From: an uncultured Lachnospiraceae bacterium
GTDB taxonomy: Bacteria > Bacillota > Clostridia > Lachnospirales > Lachnospiraceae
NCBI GenBank assembly: GCA_947382625.1
Contig: CANDAG010000018.1
Location: 4,881-68,880 of the forward strand
Direction of reading: 5' to 3'
Length of the DNA stretch: 64,000 bases
Positions 28,193 to 37,430 of the stretch are shown piece by piece. Both the position numbers and the translations under genes were made by a program. The notes under the pieces were generated by a model, which did no database searches, was not told the origin of the DNA, and worked only from the letters and a program-made list of their open reading frames with translations. Position 1 is the stretch's first letter. The number at the start of each line of letters is the position of its first letter.

Positions 28193-29529
28193 ATGGGCAG
28201 AATTTTTAATGTAAATGGAAATTGTATACCACAACTGCACTATATCGTGGATCTCACAGAACGATTAGAGCAGATAAAGGTAATGGTTGATGCCGGAGAG
28301 TATTTCACGATCAACCGTGCCAGACAATATGGGAAGACTACGCTGCTTCGGGCATTGGCGGCCTATCTGAAAGAAGAATATATTGTTGCAAGTCTGGATT
28401 TTCAGAAGCTAAGCTATGTAAATTTTGAAAGTGAACAGGCGTTTGTAACAGCGTTTGCAGGTGAATTAATAGATTGTGTAGAAAGCTTACCGGAGGAAAT
28501 CGGGAGAAAATTAGACGCATTTGCAGAAGGGAATGCTAAAAATCCGACACTTCTGGCGCTGTTTCGAGTGATAAACAGATGGTGCGGCCAATCATCCAAA
28601 AGAATTGTGCTGATGATTGACGAGGTGGACAGCGCTACTAACAATCAGGTATTTCTTGATTTTTTGGCACAACTGCGGGGCTGTTACATTAACAGGGATA
28701 TCAAACAGACTTTTCAGGCAGTTATTCTTACAGGTGTATATGATGTTCGTAATGTTAAAAGAAAAATCTGGCCAGAAGAAGACCATAAGACTAACAGTCC
28801 ATGGAACATTGCTGCCGATTTTCTTGTAGATCTGAATTTTTCAAAACAGGATATTGCGGGAATGCTCGCCCAATATGAAAGCGATCATATGACAGGAATG
28901 GATGTGGCAGAGATTGCAGAATTGCTGTACGACTACACTTCGGGCTACCCGTTTCTTGTCTCACGTATCTGCAAGCTATTGGATGAACGCATCAGGCAGA
29001 ACAAAGACTTTCCGGACAAAAAGGCGGCCTGGACCAGGGAAGGAGTAACGGGAGCGGTGAAAACACTGTTGACAGAGCGGAATACGTTATTTGAATCTTT
29101 TGTGGAGAAGCTGAACAATTATCCGCAGCTCCATGACTTCATTTACGCATTGTTGTTTAATGGAAGGACGATCCCTTATAATCCATTGAATAAAGCAATC
29201 GAAATGGCTGAAATGTTCGGTTTTATAAAAAATTCGTCGGGCAATACAACAATTTCAAACAGGATTTTTGAGACGGTTTTATATAATCTGTTTCTTTCAG
29301 AGGAAGCGCTCACAAGTGATATTATAAAGGGGAACAGTTTATAATAGAACTTAAGCTTTGGCGGGGAAATTCCTATAACCAAAGAGGAGAAAAACAGCTT
29401 CTGAATTATCTTGATCATTATCATTTAAAGAAAGGCTATATGATCAGTTTCAATTTTAACCAAAAAAAGCAGATTGGTGTAAGAAAAATCACATTCGGTG
29501 ACAAAATGCTCGTAGAAGCTGTGGTGTGA
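28193..29529 (+). pseudogene. AAA-like ATPase / PD-(D/E)XK gene with internal deletion and frameshift
   Basis: RARQYGKTT and MIDEVD; ORF stops at 29344 while EQFIIELKLWRG...EAVV* runs in another frame to 29529. Confidence 0.8.
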
Positions 29530-29536
29530 ATGATCA

Positions 29537-29566
29537 ATGGCCAGGCTTTAGACCCATCCTTATGTT
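29537..29566 (-). repeat. Degenerate type A element
   Basis: Minus strand reads AACATAAGGATGGGTCTAAAGCCTGGCCAT. Confidence 0.6.
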
Positions 29567-29607
29567 TCAGCAAAGCGGGACTGTGACAGGAAGCCGCAGG
29601 CTTCCTG

Positions 29608-29955
29608 TTACAGATCCATCAGCTTCATTTTATCATCGCCGGAGAGCCGGTGCTTTCCGCGGACGGACTGGTAGAGAAGGGCGGTAAAGATCACTACGGT
29701 GTTAACCGCACAAAGGGTTGTGATCACGGCCCTGTGATATTCTCTGATGTCGGCGTTTATGTGTAACATAGAAAGATAAACCCTGTTCAACATGAGCATG
29801 AGCACCAGCGTATAGAGCAGAAACAATCCTGCCATTAACCCGAAGCGGAGGGCGGGACGGGATGTATGCCTCAGCTTAGACAGCAGAAATCTTGCGGTGA
29901 TGCCCAAAATAAGTGTTAATATGGTAACGATCAATATTTCATAACTGCTATTCAT
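29608..29955 (-). CDS. Hypothetical membrane protein
   Basis: Three hydrophobic helices; start overlaps the upstream stop. Confidence 0.75.
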   Translation of the reverse strand: MNSSYEILIVTILTLILGITARFLLSKLRHTSRPALRFGLMAGLFLLYTLVLMLMLNRVYLSMLHINADIREYHRAVITTLCAVNTVVIFTALLYQSVRGKHRLSGDDKMKLMDL

Positions 29956-30286
29956 TCTCTTCTTTCTCCTTTCCATCTATAAGCTGACCCGCGGAGCGTG
30001 ACAGCGTTTGATATTCCCGGATCAGCACCATAGCGGCGTCAAATTCCAGCTTTTCATCCAACACCATTTTTTTGATCAGATTAACGTAGGCGTCTTCCTT
30101 TTTTTCATCAGCAGAGAGGATTTGCCGGATGACCCGGTCTAACCGGGAGCGTACGGTAGGGTAGGTCACGTTATAAATCCTGGCCATCTCCTTGAGGGAG
30201 CCGGAGGAGAGGACAAAGCGTTTGATAAAATTCAGGTCTTCCTCCGCCAGTTCTGTGACCCATTGGGGGATATTTTTCATTGGCAT
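29948..30286 (-). CDS. DUF2089-family HTH protein
   Basis: FIKRFVLSSGSLKEMA..YNVTYPTVRSRLD. Confidence 0.85.
   Translation of the reverse strand: MPMKNIPQWVTELAEEDLNFIKRFVLSSGSLKEMARIYNVTYPTVRSRLDRVIRQILSADEKKEDAYVNLIKKMVLDEKLEFDAAMVLIREYQTLSRSAGQLIDGKEKEENE
29973..30011 (+). repeat. Type B hairpin element inside the DUF2089 CDS, in frame
   Basis: TCTA TAA GCTGAC C CGC GGA GCG T GACAGC GT TTGA; read as TLSRSAGQLIDG on the coding strand. Confidence 0.85.
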
Positions 30287-30477
30287 CACCTCCTGTGTAA
30301 TCCTTCTGATAGACAGAGCGTTTCATCTGTCTTTATTATAAAGTTTAATTTTATTAAAGTAAATATTAATATTATTTAAATTAATGAATGATATTGTTGA
30401 AATATATGTAAATGGATTTGTGATTTGAGATGGGCGCAGAGCAAAGGGAGAATGAAGGAAAGGGGATCGATCAATGC

Positions 30478-30524
30478 TTGACATATTGTACTTCATAATA
30501 TATACTTACTATTAGTAATTACTA
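30478..30524 (+). promoter_or_regulatory. Sigma-A promoter with overlapping palindromes (probable MarR operator)
   Basis: TTGACA-N17-TATACT, then TTACTATTAGTAA and TAGTAATTACTA. Confidence 0.75.
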
Positions 30525-30581
30525 TTAATAAATAAAAGAGACGGGAAGAATTTATTGATCAAACAGATCAGGAGGAGACCT

Positions 30582-31016
30582 ATGGATGCAGAAAACCTGA
30601 AAAAGTTGCTGGACGCCTGTTTTACGGCGAAGCATGTGATCGAGACAATGCCGGAGCTGCCCAAGGGGATGAAGCCCCGCCATATCCACGTGCTCGATCA
30701 GATCAGCATGGCGTGGGAGGAGCGTAAAGAGTGCCGGGTCAGTGATGTAAGCGAAGGCCTCAATACTACCATGCCCAGCATTACCCGGTTGGTACAGGAG
30801 TTAGAGACTATGGGGATGCTGGAGAAATATCCGGACGGAGAAGACAAGAGAGTGACCCTGCTCCGGCTGACGCCCAGGGGGGAGGACTGCGTAAGGAAGT
30901 ATGTATATGATTTTCAAAGAGAATGGGCAGAAAAGCTAAGCTTTGTGCCCAATGCCCGGGTTCGGGAGACCATTGAACTGATCAGGTGCCTGGACGAGAC
31001 CATGCCGGGAAGATGA
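30582..31016 (+). CDS. MarR-family regulator
   Basis: SITRLVQELE...DKRVTLLRLTPRG. Confidence 0.9.
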   Translation: MDAENLKKLLDACFTAKHVIETMPELPKGMKPRHIHVLDQISMAWEERKECRVSDVSEGLNTTMPSITRLVQELETMGMLEKYPDGEDKRVTLLRLTPRGEDCVRKYVYDFQREWAEKLSFVPNARVRETIELIRCLDETMPGR

Positions 31017-31043
31017 GGATCAATATGCCGCAGACGCGGCGGA

Positions 31044-32414
31044 ATGGAGGAAAAAATGTCTGAAAAAAATGGAAAAGAAATTTCTTTTGTGAAAGGGCCT
31101 GTCTTTGGCTCATTGATCCGGTTTGCCCTGCCGGTGCTTGGGGCGCTGATCCTGCAGGCTGCCTATGGGGCGGTGGATCTGATGGTAGTGGGCTGGTTCG
31201 GAGATGCGGCCAGTATTTCCGCGGTGGGGACCGGAAGCGGATTTATGCAGATGGTCACCTTTATCATCACCAGTCTGGCTATGGGGTCTACCGTGGTGAT
31301 CGGGCAGCATATCGGGGAGCAGAAGCCGAAGGAGGCCGGGAACACGGTGGGAACCACTATCCTGCTTTTTGCCGGGATCGGGGTTGTGATGACGGTTGTG
31401 CTGGAGGTTCTTGCGGGAAGGATCACGGGAATGCTGCAGGTGCCTGCAGAGTCTGTGGATAAGACCATACTTTATCTGCGTATTTGTTCGGCAGGAATTC
31501 TGGTGATCATTGCCTACAATGTGATCAGCGGCGTGCTGCGGGGCGTGGGGAATGCCAATCTGCCCTTTCTCTTTGTGGGGATCGCCTGCGTGGTCAATAT
31601 TATAGGAGATCTGCTTCTGGTAGGCGTATGTAAGCTGGATGTGGCGGGGGCTGCGCTTGCAACGGTTCTGGCACAGCTTGTATCCGTGGTACTCTCCGCA
31701 GTGATCATCCGCAGACAAAGGCTCCCCATTTCCTTTTCCCTTGCGCAGTGCAGAGTTTACGGGGAGGAGCTGAAAAGGATCCTGAATGTGGGCGTTCCGA
31801 TCGCGGTTCAGGAGACCATGGTGCAGATTTCTTTTCTGGTGGTCAACACCATTGTAAATCAAATGGGGCTGATGCCGTCGGCAGGGTATGGGATTGCCCA
31901 GAAGATCATTTCATTTATCATGCTGGTGCCCTCTTCCGTAATGCAGAGTGTGTCGGCGTTTGTGGCTCAAAATATCGGAGCCGGGCAGAAGGAGCGGGCC
32001 TTTAAGGGTTTCCTGACGGCCATGGCCACGGGATGTGCAGTGGGAGTGCTGATCTTTCTGGGAGGCTTTTTCGGAGGCGGTCTGCTTTCTTCTGCTTTTA
32101 CCGGCGACCGGGAGGTGATTGCCCAAAGCGCGGCTTACCTGAGGGGATTTTCAGCAGAATGTATCCTGACCTGTGTACTTTTCAGCAGTATCGGTTACTT
32201 TAACGGACGGGGAAGAAGTATCCCGGTGATGCTCCAGGGGATCACCTCCGCCTTTTTCATCCGTATTCCGGTCTCCATCTTTATGTCAAGGCTTCCGGGG
32301 GCATCTCTGGTGCTGGTAGGTCTGGCCACACCCATCACCACTGTTTACGGAATCCTGTTTTTTGTAGTATGCTTCTGGAGATTAAAAAAGCAGGAAAGCA
32401 AAGCCGTGAATTGA
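31044..32414 (+). CDS. MATE-family efflux transporter
   Basis: About 12 TM segments; FALP..YGAVD, NIIGD, AQNIGAG. Confidence 0.93.
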   Translation: MEEKMSEKNGKEISFVKGPVFGSLIRFALPVLGALILQAAYGAVDLMVVGWFGDAASISAVGTGSGFMQMVTFIITSLAMGSTVVIGQHIGEQKPKEAGNTVGTTILLFAGIGVVMTVVLEVLAGRITGMLQVPAESVDKTILYLRICSAGILVIIAYNVISGVLRGVGNANLPFLFVGIACVVNIIGDLLLVGVCKLDVAGAALATVLAQLVSVVLSAVIIRRQRLPISFSLAQCRVYGEELKRILNVGVPIAVQETMVQISFLVVNTIVNQMGLMPSAGYGIAQKIISFIMLVPSSVMQSVSAFVAQNIGAGQKERAFKGFLTAMATGCAVGVLIFLGGFFGGGLLSSAFTGDREVIAQSAAYLRGFSAECILTCVLFSSIGYFNGRGRSIPVMLQGITSAFFIRIPVSIFMSRLPGASLVLVGLATPITTVYGILFFVVCFWRLKKQESKAVN

Positions 32415-32529
32415 GTGATGGTCCTGCAGAATGAAATATTAGGAATTGACACAAACAATTGTGTTTTGAAGACCGATGCCTTATAATGTTTTCCATAACA
32501 CAACAGACAGATTATGGAAAGGTATGGTT

Positions 32530-34242
32530 ATGAAAATGCAGAAAAATTGGTGGAAGGAAGCGGTGGTATATCAGATCTATCCCAGAAGCTTTATGGACAG
32601 CAACGGGGACGGGATCGGCGATTTAAACGGCATTACCTCGAAGCTGGATTATCTGAAGGAGCTGGGGGTGGATGTGATCTGGCTTTCGCCGGTGTATCAG
32701 TCGCCGAATGACGACAATGGCTATGATATCAGCAATTATCAGGCGATCATGAAGGAATTCGGCACCATGGAGGATTTTGACCGGATGCTGGCAGGGATCC
32801 ATGAGAGGGGAATGCGTCTGGTAATGGATCTGGTGGTCAACCACACATCGGATGAACATCCATGGTTTGTGGAGAGCAGAAGCTCTAAGGAGAATCCCTA
32901 CAGGGATTATTATATCTGGAGAGAGGGAAAGGATGGCGGAGCACCCAACAACTGGGGAAGCTGTTTTTCAGGCTCTGCCTGGCAATATGATGAAGCTACG
33001 GATATGTACTATCTCCATCTTTTTTCCAAAAAGCAGCCGGATCTGAACTGGGATAACCCCAAGGTGCGGGGGGAGGTATTTTCCATGATGGACTGGTGGT
33101 GTAGGAAGGGGATTGACGGCTTTCGTATGGACGTGATCAGTCTGATCTCCAAAAAGCCCGGGCTGCCAGAGACGAAGCTGCCGGAGGGGGCTCTTTATGG
33201 AGATCCGGGGTGTGCCAACGGTCCTCATGTCCATGAATATCTTCAGGAAATGAACCGGGAGGTTCTTTCCCGTTATGATTTGATGACGGTAGGGGAATGC
33301 GCCGGGGTGACCATTGAGGAGGCTAAGAAATACGCCTCTCTTGACGGGAAGGAGCTGAACATGGTATTTCAGTTTGAGCATGTGGAGCTGGGAGACGGTT
33401 CCTTAGGCAAGTGGACGGATAAGCGTTTTCCTTTCCGCGAGTTCAGACAGGTGATGAGCAGCTGGCAGAGAGAGCTTTCCGGGAAGGCATGGAACAGCCT
33501 GTTTTTGGGGAATCATGACCAGCCCCGCTCGGTGTCCCGTTTCGGGAATGATGGGCCCGGGTATCGGGAGATCAGCGCCAAAATGCTGGGCACCTTCCTT
33601 CATATGATGCAGGGAACCCCCTATGTGTATCAGGGAGAGGAGCTTGGCATGACCAATTGCCCTTTCCCGGGAATGGAAGCTTTTCGGGATATTGAAAGCA
33701 TCAATGCTTTCAATGAACTGACCGGAGCGGGAAAGGCTGCCCCGGAGGATATGATGCGTTATCTTCTTCTGCGAAGCCGTGATAATGCCCGTACTCCCAT
33801 GCAGTGGGATGGAAGCGAAAATGCCGGCTTTACCAAAGGGGAGCCCTGGATCATGGTAAATCCCAATTATCAGGAAATCAATGCTGAAAGGGAGCTGGCG
33901 GATGAAAATTCTGTTTTTCATTATTATAAGAAGCTGATCGCCTTAAGGAAGCAGGAAAAGGTTATGGTCTACGGGAGCTATGAGCTGCTGGAGCCGGAGC
34001 ATGAAAGCCTTTATGTTTATACCAGGACACTGCAGGAGGCAGATTCTCAGGAAGAAAAATGTCAGGGATGCTCCCTTCTTGTGATATGTAACTTTACGGA
34101 AAGGGAAACCCCTTACGAAATCCCGGAGCAATTTGCGGCGGCAGAGATTTTGATCGGAAACTATCAGCGCAGGGAAGTGCCGGAGAACATCATGGTTCAG
34201 CCTTATGAGGCATTAGTGCTGAAGATGGGCGGAAAGGAGTAA
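32530..34242 (+). CDS. Oligo-1,6-glucosidase / alpha-glucosidase (GH13)
   Basis: YQIYPRSF, DLVVNHTSDEH, QPDLNW, GFRMDV, NHDQ. Confidence 0.93.
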   Translation: MKMQKNWWKEAVVYQIYPRSFMDSNGDGIGDLNGITSKLDYLKELGVDVIWLSPVYQSPNDDNGYDISNYQAIMKEFGTMEDFDRMLAGIHERGMRLVMDLVVNHTSDEHPWFVESRSSKENPYRDYYIWREGKDGGAPNNWGSCFSGSAWQYDEATDMYYLHLFSKKQPDLNWDNPKVRGEVFSMMDWWCRKGIDGFRMDVISLISKKPGLPETKLPEGALYGDPGCANGPHVHEYLQEMNREVLSRYDLMTVGECAGVTIEEAKKYASLDGKELNMVFQFEHVELGDGSLGKWTDKRFPFREFRQVMSSWQRELSGKAWNSLFLGNHDQPRSVSRFGNDGPGYREISAKMLGTFLHMMQGTPYVYQGEELGMTNCPFPGMEAFRDIESINAFNELTGAGKAAPEDMMRYLLLRSRDNARTPMQWDGSENAGFTKGEPWIMVNPNYQEINAERELADENSVFHYYKKLIALRKQEKVMVYGSYELLEPEHESLYVYTRTLQEADSQEEKCQGCSLLVICNFTERETPYEIPEQFAAAEILIGNYQRREVPENIMVQPYEALVLKMGGKE

Positions 34243-34248
34243 TACATC

Positions 34249-36654
34249 ATGAAATCTTATTTAAAAATGGAAACCCACCCTAAGGCAAGGCCGGAGAATA
34301 TCATTCAGGGGGATCACTACAGGATCACATTGCTGACGAAGAGTCTGGTGCGTCTGGAATACAGCCGGGAGGGGCGTTTTGTGGACGAGGCTACCCAAAG
34401 CATCATCAACCGCGATTTTCCAAAGGTGGATTTTTACTGTAAGGAAACAGAGGAAGAGATTGAGATCCGCACAGAGTATTTCCAGCTGAATTATGATAAG
34501 AAGGAATTTTCAGGAAGAGGGCTTTCCTGTCAGGCTCTTAAGGTAGAAGCGGAAGGGGCAGGCGGAGGAAACCGTACGCCATGGCGGTATGGGGAGAGAG
34601 AGGATACCCTGAAGGGAACCACCAGAACACTGGACAATGTGGACGGATCCTGCCGGTTGGACGAGGGACTGATGTCCTTTAAGGGGTGTACCTGTGTGGA
34701 TGACTCCCGTTCCCTGCTTCTGGGGGAAGACGGCTGGGTACGCCCGAGAAGTGGACGAGGAGAGGATATCTATCTTTTTGCCTATGGATTCCGGTATCGG
34801 GAAGCGCTGAAGGATTTTTATTATCTGTGTGGAAAAACTCCCATGCTGCCCAGATTTGTCCTTGGAAACTGGTGGAGCCGGTACTATAAGTATACGGAAG
34901 ATTCTTATATGGAGCTGATGGAACGGTTTGATCAGGAAGGAATCCCCTTTACGGTGGCAGTGATCGATATGGACTGGCATCTGGTGGATATTGATCCGAA
35001 GTACGGAAGCGGCTGGACAGGCTATACCTGGAATAAGGAAATGTTTCCGGATCCGGCCCGCTTTTTGAAGCGGCTTCATGACAGAGGAATGCATACCACC
35101 TTGAACGTTCATCCGGCAGACGGGATCCGTGCTTTTGAGGACTGCTATCCCCGGGTGGCAGAGGCCATGGGCGTGGATCAGGAAAAGGAGGAGCCGGTAA
35201 ATTTTGATATTGCCGATCCCAAATTTCTGGAGGTATATCTGGAAAAGGTACATCATCCCATGGAGGAAGAGGGCGTAGACTTCTGGTGGATCGACTGGCA
35301 GCAGGGAACCAATACCAGAGTGGAAGGGCTTGATCCCTTATGGATGCTGAACCATTATCACTTTCTGGACAGTGCCAGGGACGGGAAGCGCCCCATGACA
35401 TTTTCACGCTATGCAGGAGTGGGCTCTCACCGTTATCCTGTAGGGTTTTCGGGCGATACAGTGATTTCCTGGGAGAGTCTGAATTTTCAGCCCTACTTTA
35501 CCAACACGGCGTCCAATATCGGCTATGGCTGGTGGAGCCATGATATCGGCGGCCACATGAGGGGGACAAGAAGCGACGAGCTGGAAGCAAGATGGTACCA
35601 GTATGGGGTGTTTGCACCGATCACCCGTCTTCACAGTACCCAGAACGAGTACATCGTGAAGGAGCCCTGGAAGTTCCGTAAGGATGTGTGCGAGACTATG
35701 AAGGATTTTCTGCGGCTCCGCCATCAGATGGTGCCTTATCTTTATACTATGAATTATCGGGCGTGGAAGGAGGATCTGCCGATCTGCCAGCCCATGTATT
35801 ATGAGTATCCGGGAAGGGAGGAGGCTTATATCCGGAGAAACCAGTATTTCTTCGGCAGTGAGCTGATGGTTGCTCCCATTACAACGCCGGGGATCCCGCG
35901 GCTTAACATGGCGGAGGTAAAGGTGTGGCTGCCGGAGGGGCTGTGGTTTGACTTCTTTACCGATATGGCCTATGAGGGCGGAAGGAGTCTGTGCATGTAT
36001 CGCAGCATCGATAAGATTCCGGTACTGGCAAAGGCAGGAGCGATCATACCTATGACGGAGGATTATTCTGCTGCAGGCGTTCTTGAAAATCCTTCAGAGC
36101 TTACGGTACGGGTGTATCCCGGAGCGGACAACAGCTTTACCCTGTATGAGGATGATAATGCATCAAACGGATACCGGGACGGAAGCTGTGCGAAGACCAG
36201 GATGAGCCAGGAATGGTCCGAAGGACAGCTCCGGTTTGTGATCGATCCGGTGGAAGGGGATACCTCTCTGATCCCTGGGGAACGTACCTTCCGGATAAAC
36301 TTTCATAAGCTGCAGACAAGGAGTGTAACAGTAGTGATAAACGGCGCGTTGCAGCAGGGAGAGGTGCAGCGCATGGGGGATACCTGTAAGGTGACCATAG
36401 CTTCCGTTAAGCCCCAGGATAAGGTGGAGATCCTCATGGAGGAAGGCGTAAGGATCGCCGGAAATTCCATAGAGGAAGCCGCCGCAGAGATCCTGAACCG
36501 TGCAGAGACAGGGTTTGAGCAAAAAGACAGGATCGACGCTCTGGTACGCAAAAACAAAAAGAATCCGGCAGCGTTGTTTGGAGAGCTGCAGGCCTTAGAG
36601 GTATCAGAAAAGCTTTGCGGAGCTCTTATGGAGATCGTGGGCGCCATGTCCTAA
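34249..36654 (+). CDS. GH31 glycoside hydrolase
   Basis: IDMDWH, FWWIDWQQG, FSGD, SHDIGGH. Confidence 0.9.
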   Translation: MKSYLKMETHPKARPENIIQGDHYRITLLTKSLVRLEYSREGRFVDEATQSIINRDFPKVDFYCKETEEEIEIRTEYFQLNYDKKEFSGRGLSCQALKVEAEGAGGGNRTPWRYGEREDTLKGTTRTLDNVDGSCRLDEGLMSFKGCTCVDDSRSLLLGEDGWVRPRSGRGEDIYLFAYGFRYREALKDFYYLCGKTPMLPRFVLGNWWSRYYKYTEDSYMELMERFDQEGIPFTVAVIDMDWHLVDIDPKYGSGWTGYTWNKEMFPDPARFLKRLHDRGMHTTLNVHPADGIRAFEDCYPRVAEAMGVDQEKEEPVNFDIADPKFLEVYLEKVHHPMEEEGVDFWWIDWQQGTNTRVEGLDPLWMLNHYHFLDSARDGKRPMTFSRYAGVGSHRYPVGFSGDTVISWESLNFQPYFTNTASNIGYGWWSHDIGGHMRGTRSDELEARWYQYGVFAPITRLHSTQNEYIVKEPWKFRKDVCETMKDFLRLRHQMVPYLYTMNYRAWKEDLPICQPMYYEYPGREEAYIRRNQYFFGSELMVAPITTPGIPRLNMAEVKVWLPEGLWFDFFTDMAYEGGRSLCMYRSIDKIPVLAKAGAIIPMTEDYSAAGVLENPSELTVRVYPGADNSFTLYEDDNASNGYRDGSCAKTRMSQEWSEGQLRFVIDPVEGDTSLIPGERTFRINFHKLQTRSVTVVINGALQQGEVQRMGDTCKVTIASVKPQDKVEILMEEGVRIAGNSIEEAAAEILNRAETGFEQKDRIDALVRKNKKNPAALFGELQALEVSEKLCGALMEIVGAMS

Positions 36655-36669
36655 GGAGGAATTCAGAGA

Positions 36670-37314
36670 GTGGAGTATATGCTTTTTGTACTGGATATGG
36701 TAGGGACGGTGGCTTTTGCCCTGTCAGGAGCAATGACAGCCATCAAAAAGAAAATGGACATTCTGGGAGTGATGATCCTGGGAATGGTGACAGCCGTAGG
36801 CGGAGGGATGATCAGGGACATAGTCCTTGGCATCCTGCCGCCCCAGGCCTTTCGGGAGCCGGTCTATGCCCTGAGCGCCCTTATTACATCCGCATTTATC
36901 TTTATTTATATTTATTTTCGGGTCAGGGGATATGAGGAGATCCCCGGCGCCCATTTCCAGCAGATCCTGATGACGGCAGATACCCTGGGGCTGGGAGTGT
37001 TCACTGTGGCAGGGGTGCGTGCAGCCTTTGACAATCAGATGGGATTTAATTATTTCCTTCCTGTGTTTCTGGGAACCATTACGGGGGTGGGAGGCGGCCT
37101 GTTAAGAGATATGATGGCGGGAGACCGGCCCTATATCTTTGTAAAGCATGTGTACGCCAGCGCCTCTATCCTGGGGGCATTTGTCTGTGCCTTTTTGTGG
37201 AGGAGGACAGGGAGCGAGACCGCCATGCTCTCCGGAGCGGTATGTGTGATCGTCATGCGGTTTCTGGCCATTCATTTTAAGTGGAATCTTCCGCGGATCG
37301 ACAACTTCCTCTAA
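36670..37314 (+). CDS. TRIC-channel / UPF0126 family membrane protein
   Basis: Duplicated GTVAFALSG..TAVGGGMIRD / TGVGGGLLRD. Confidence 0.9.
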   Translation: MEYMLFVLDMVGTVAFALSGAMTAIKKKMDILGVMILGMVTAVGGGMIRDIVLGILPPQAFREPVYALSALITSAFIFIYIYFRVRGYEEIPGAHFQQILMTADTLGLGVFTVAGVRAAFDNQMGFNYFLPVFLGTITGVGGGLLRDMMAGDRPYIFVKHVYASASILGAFVCAFLWRRTGSETAMLSGAVCVIVMRFLAIHFKWNLPRIDNFL

Positions 37315-37332
37315 AGCTTTTCCTGTCAGAAT

Positions 37333-37385
37333 ATGCAACTATGATGCAAAAATGATGTAACTATGATGCACCCGGAGGCTAGAAT
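37333..37385 (+). promoter_or_regulatory. 11-bp-period direct repeats upstream of a -10 box
   Basis: ATGCAACTATG ATGCAAAAATG ATGTAACTATG ATGCA, then TAGAAT. Confidence 0.6.
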
Positions 37386-37430
37386 AAAGGGGTACCAGAG
37401 AACATCTGCGGGATTGAAAGAGGAAGTTAT

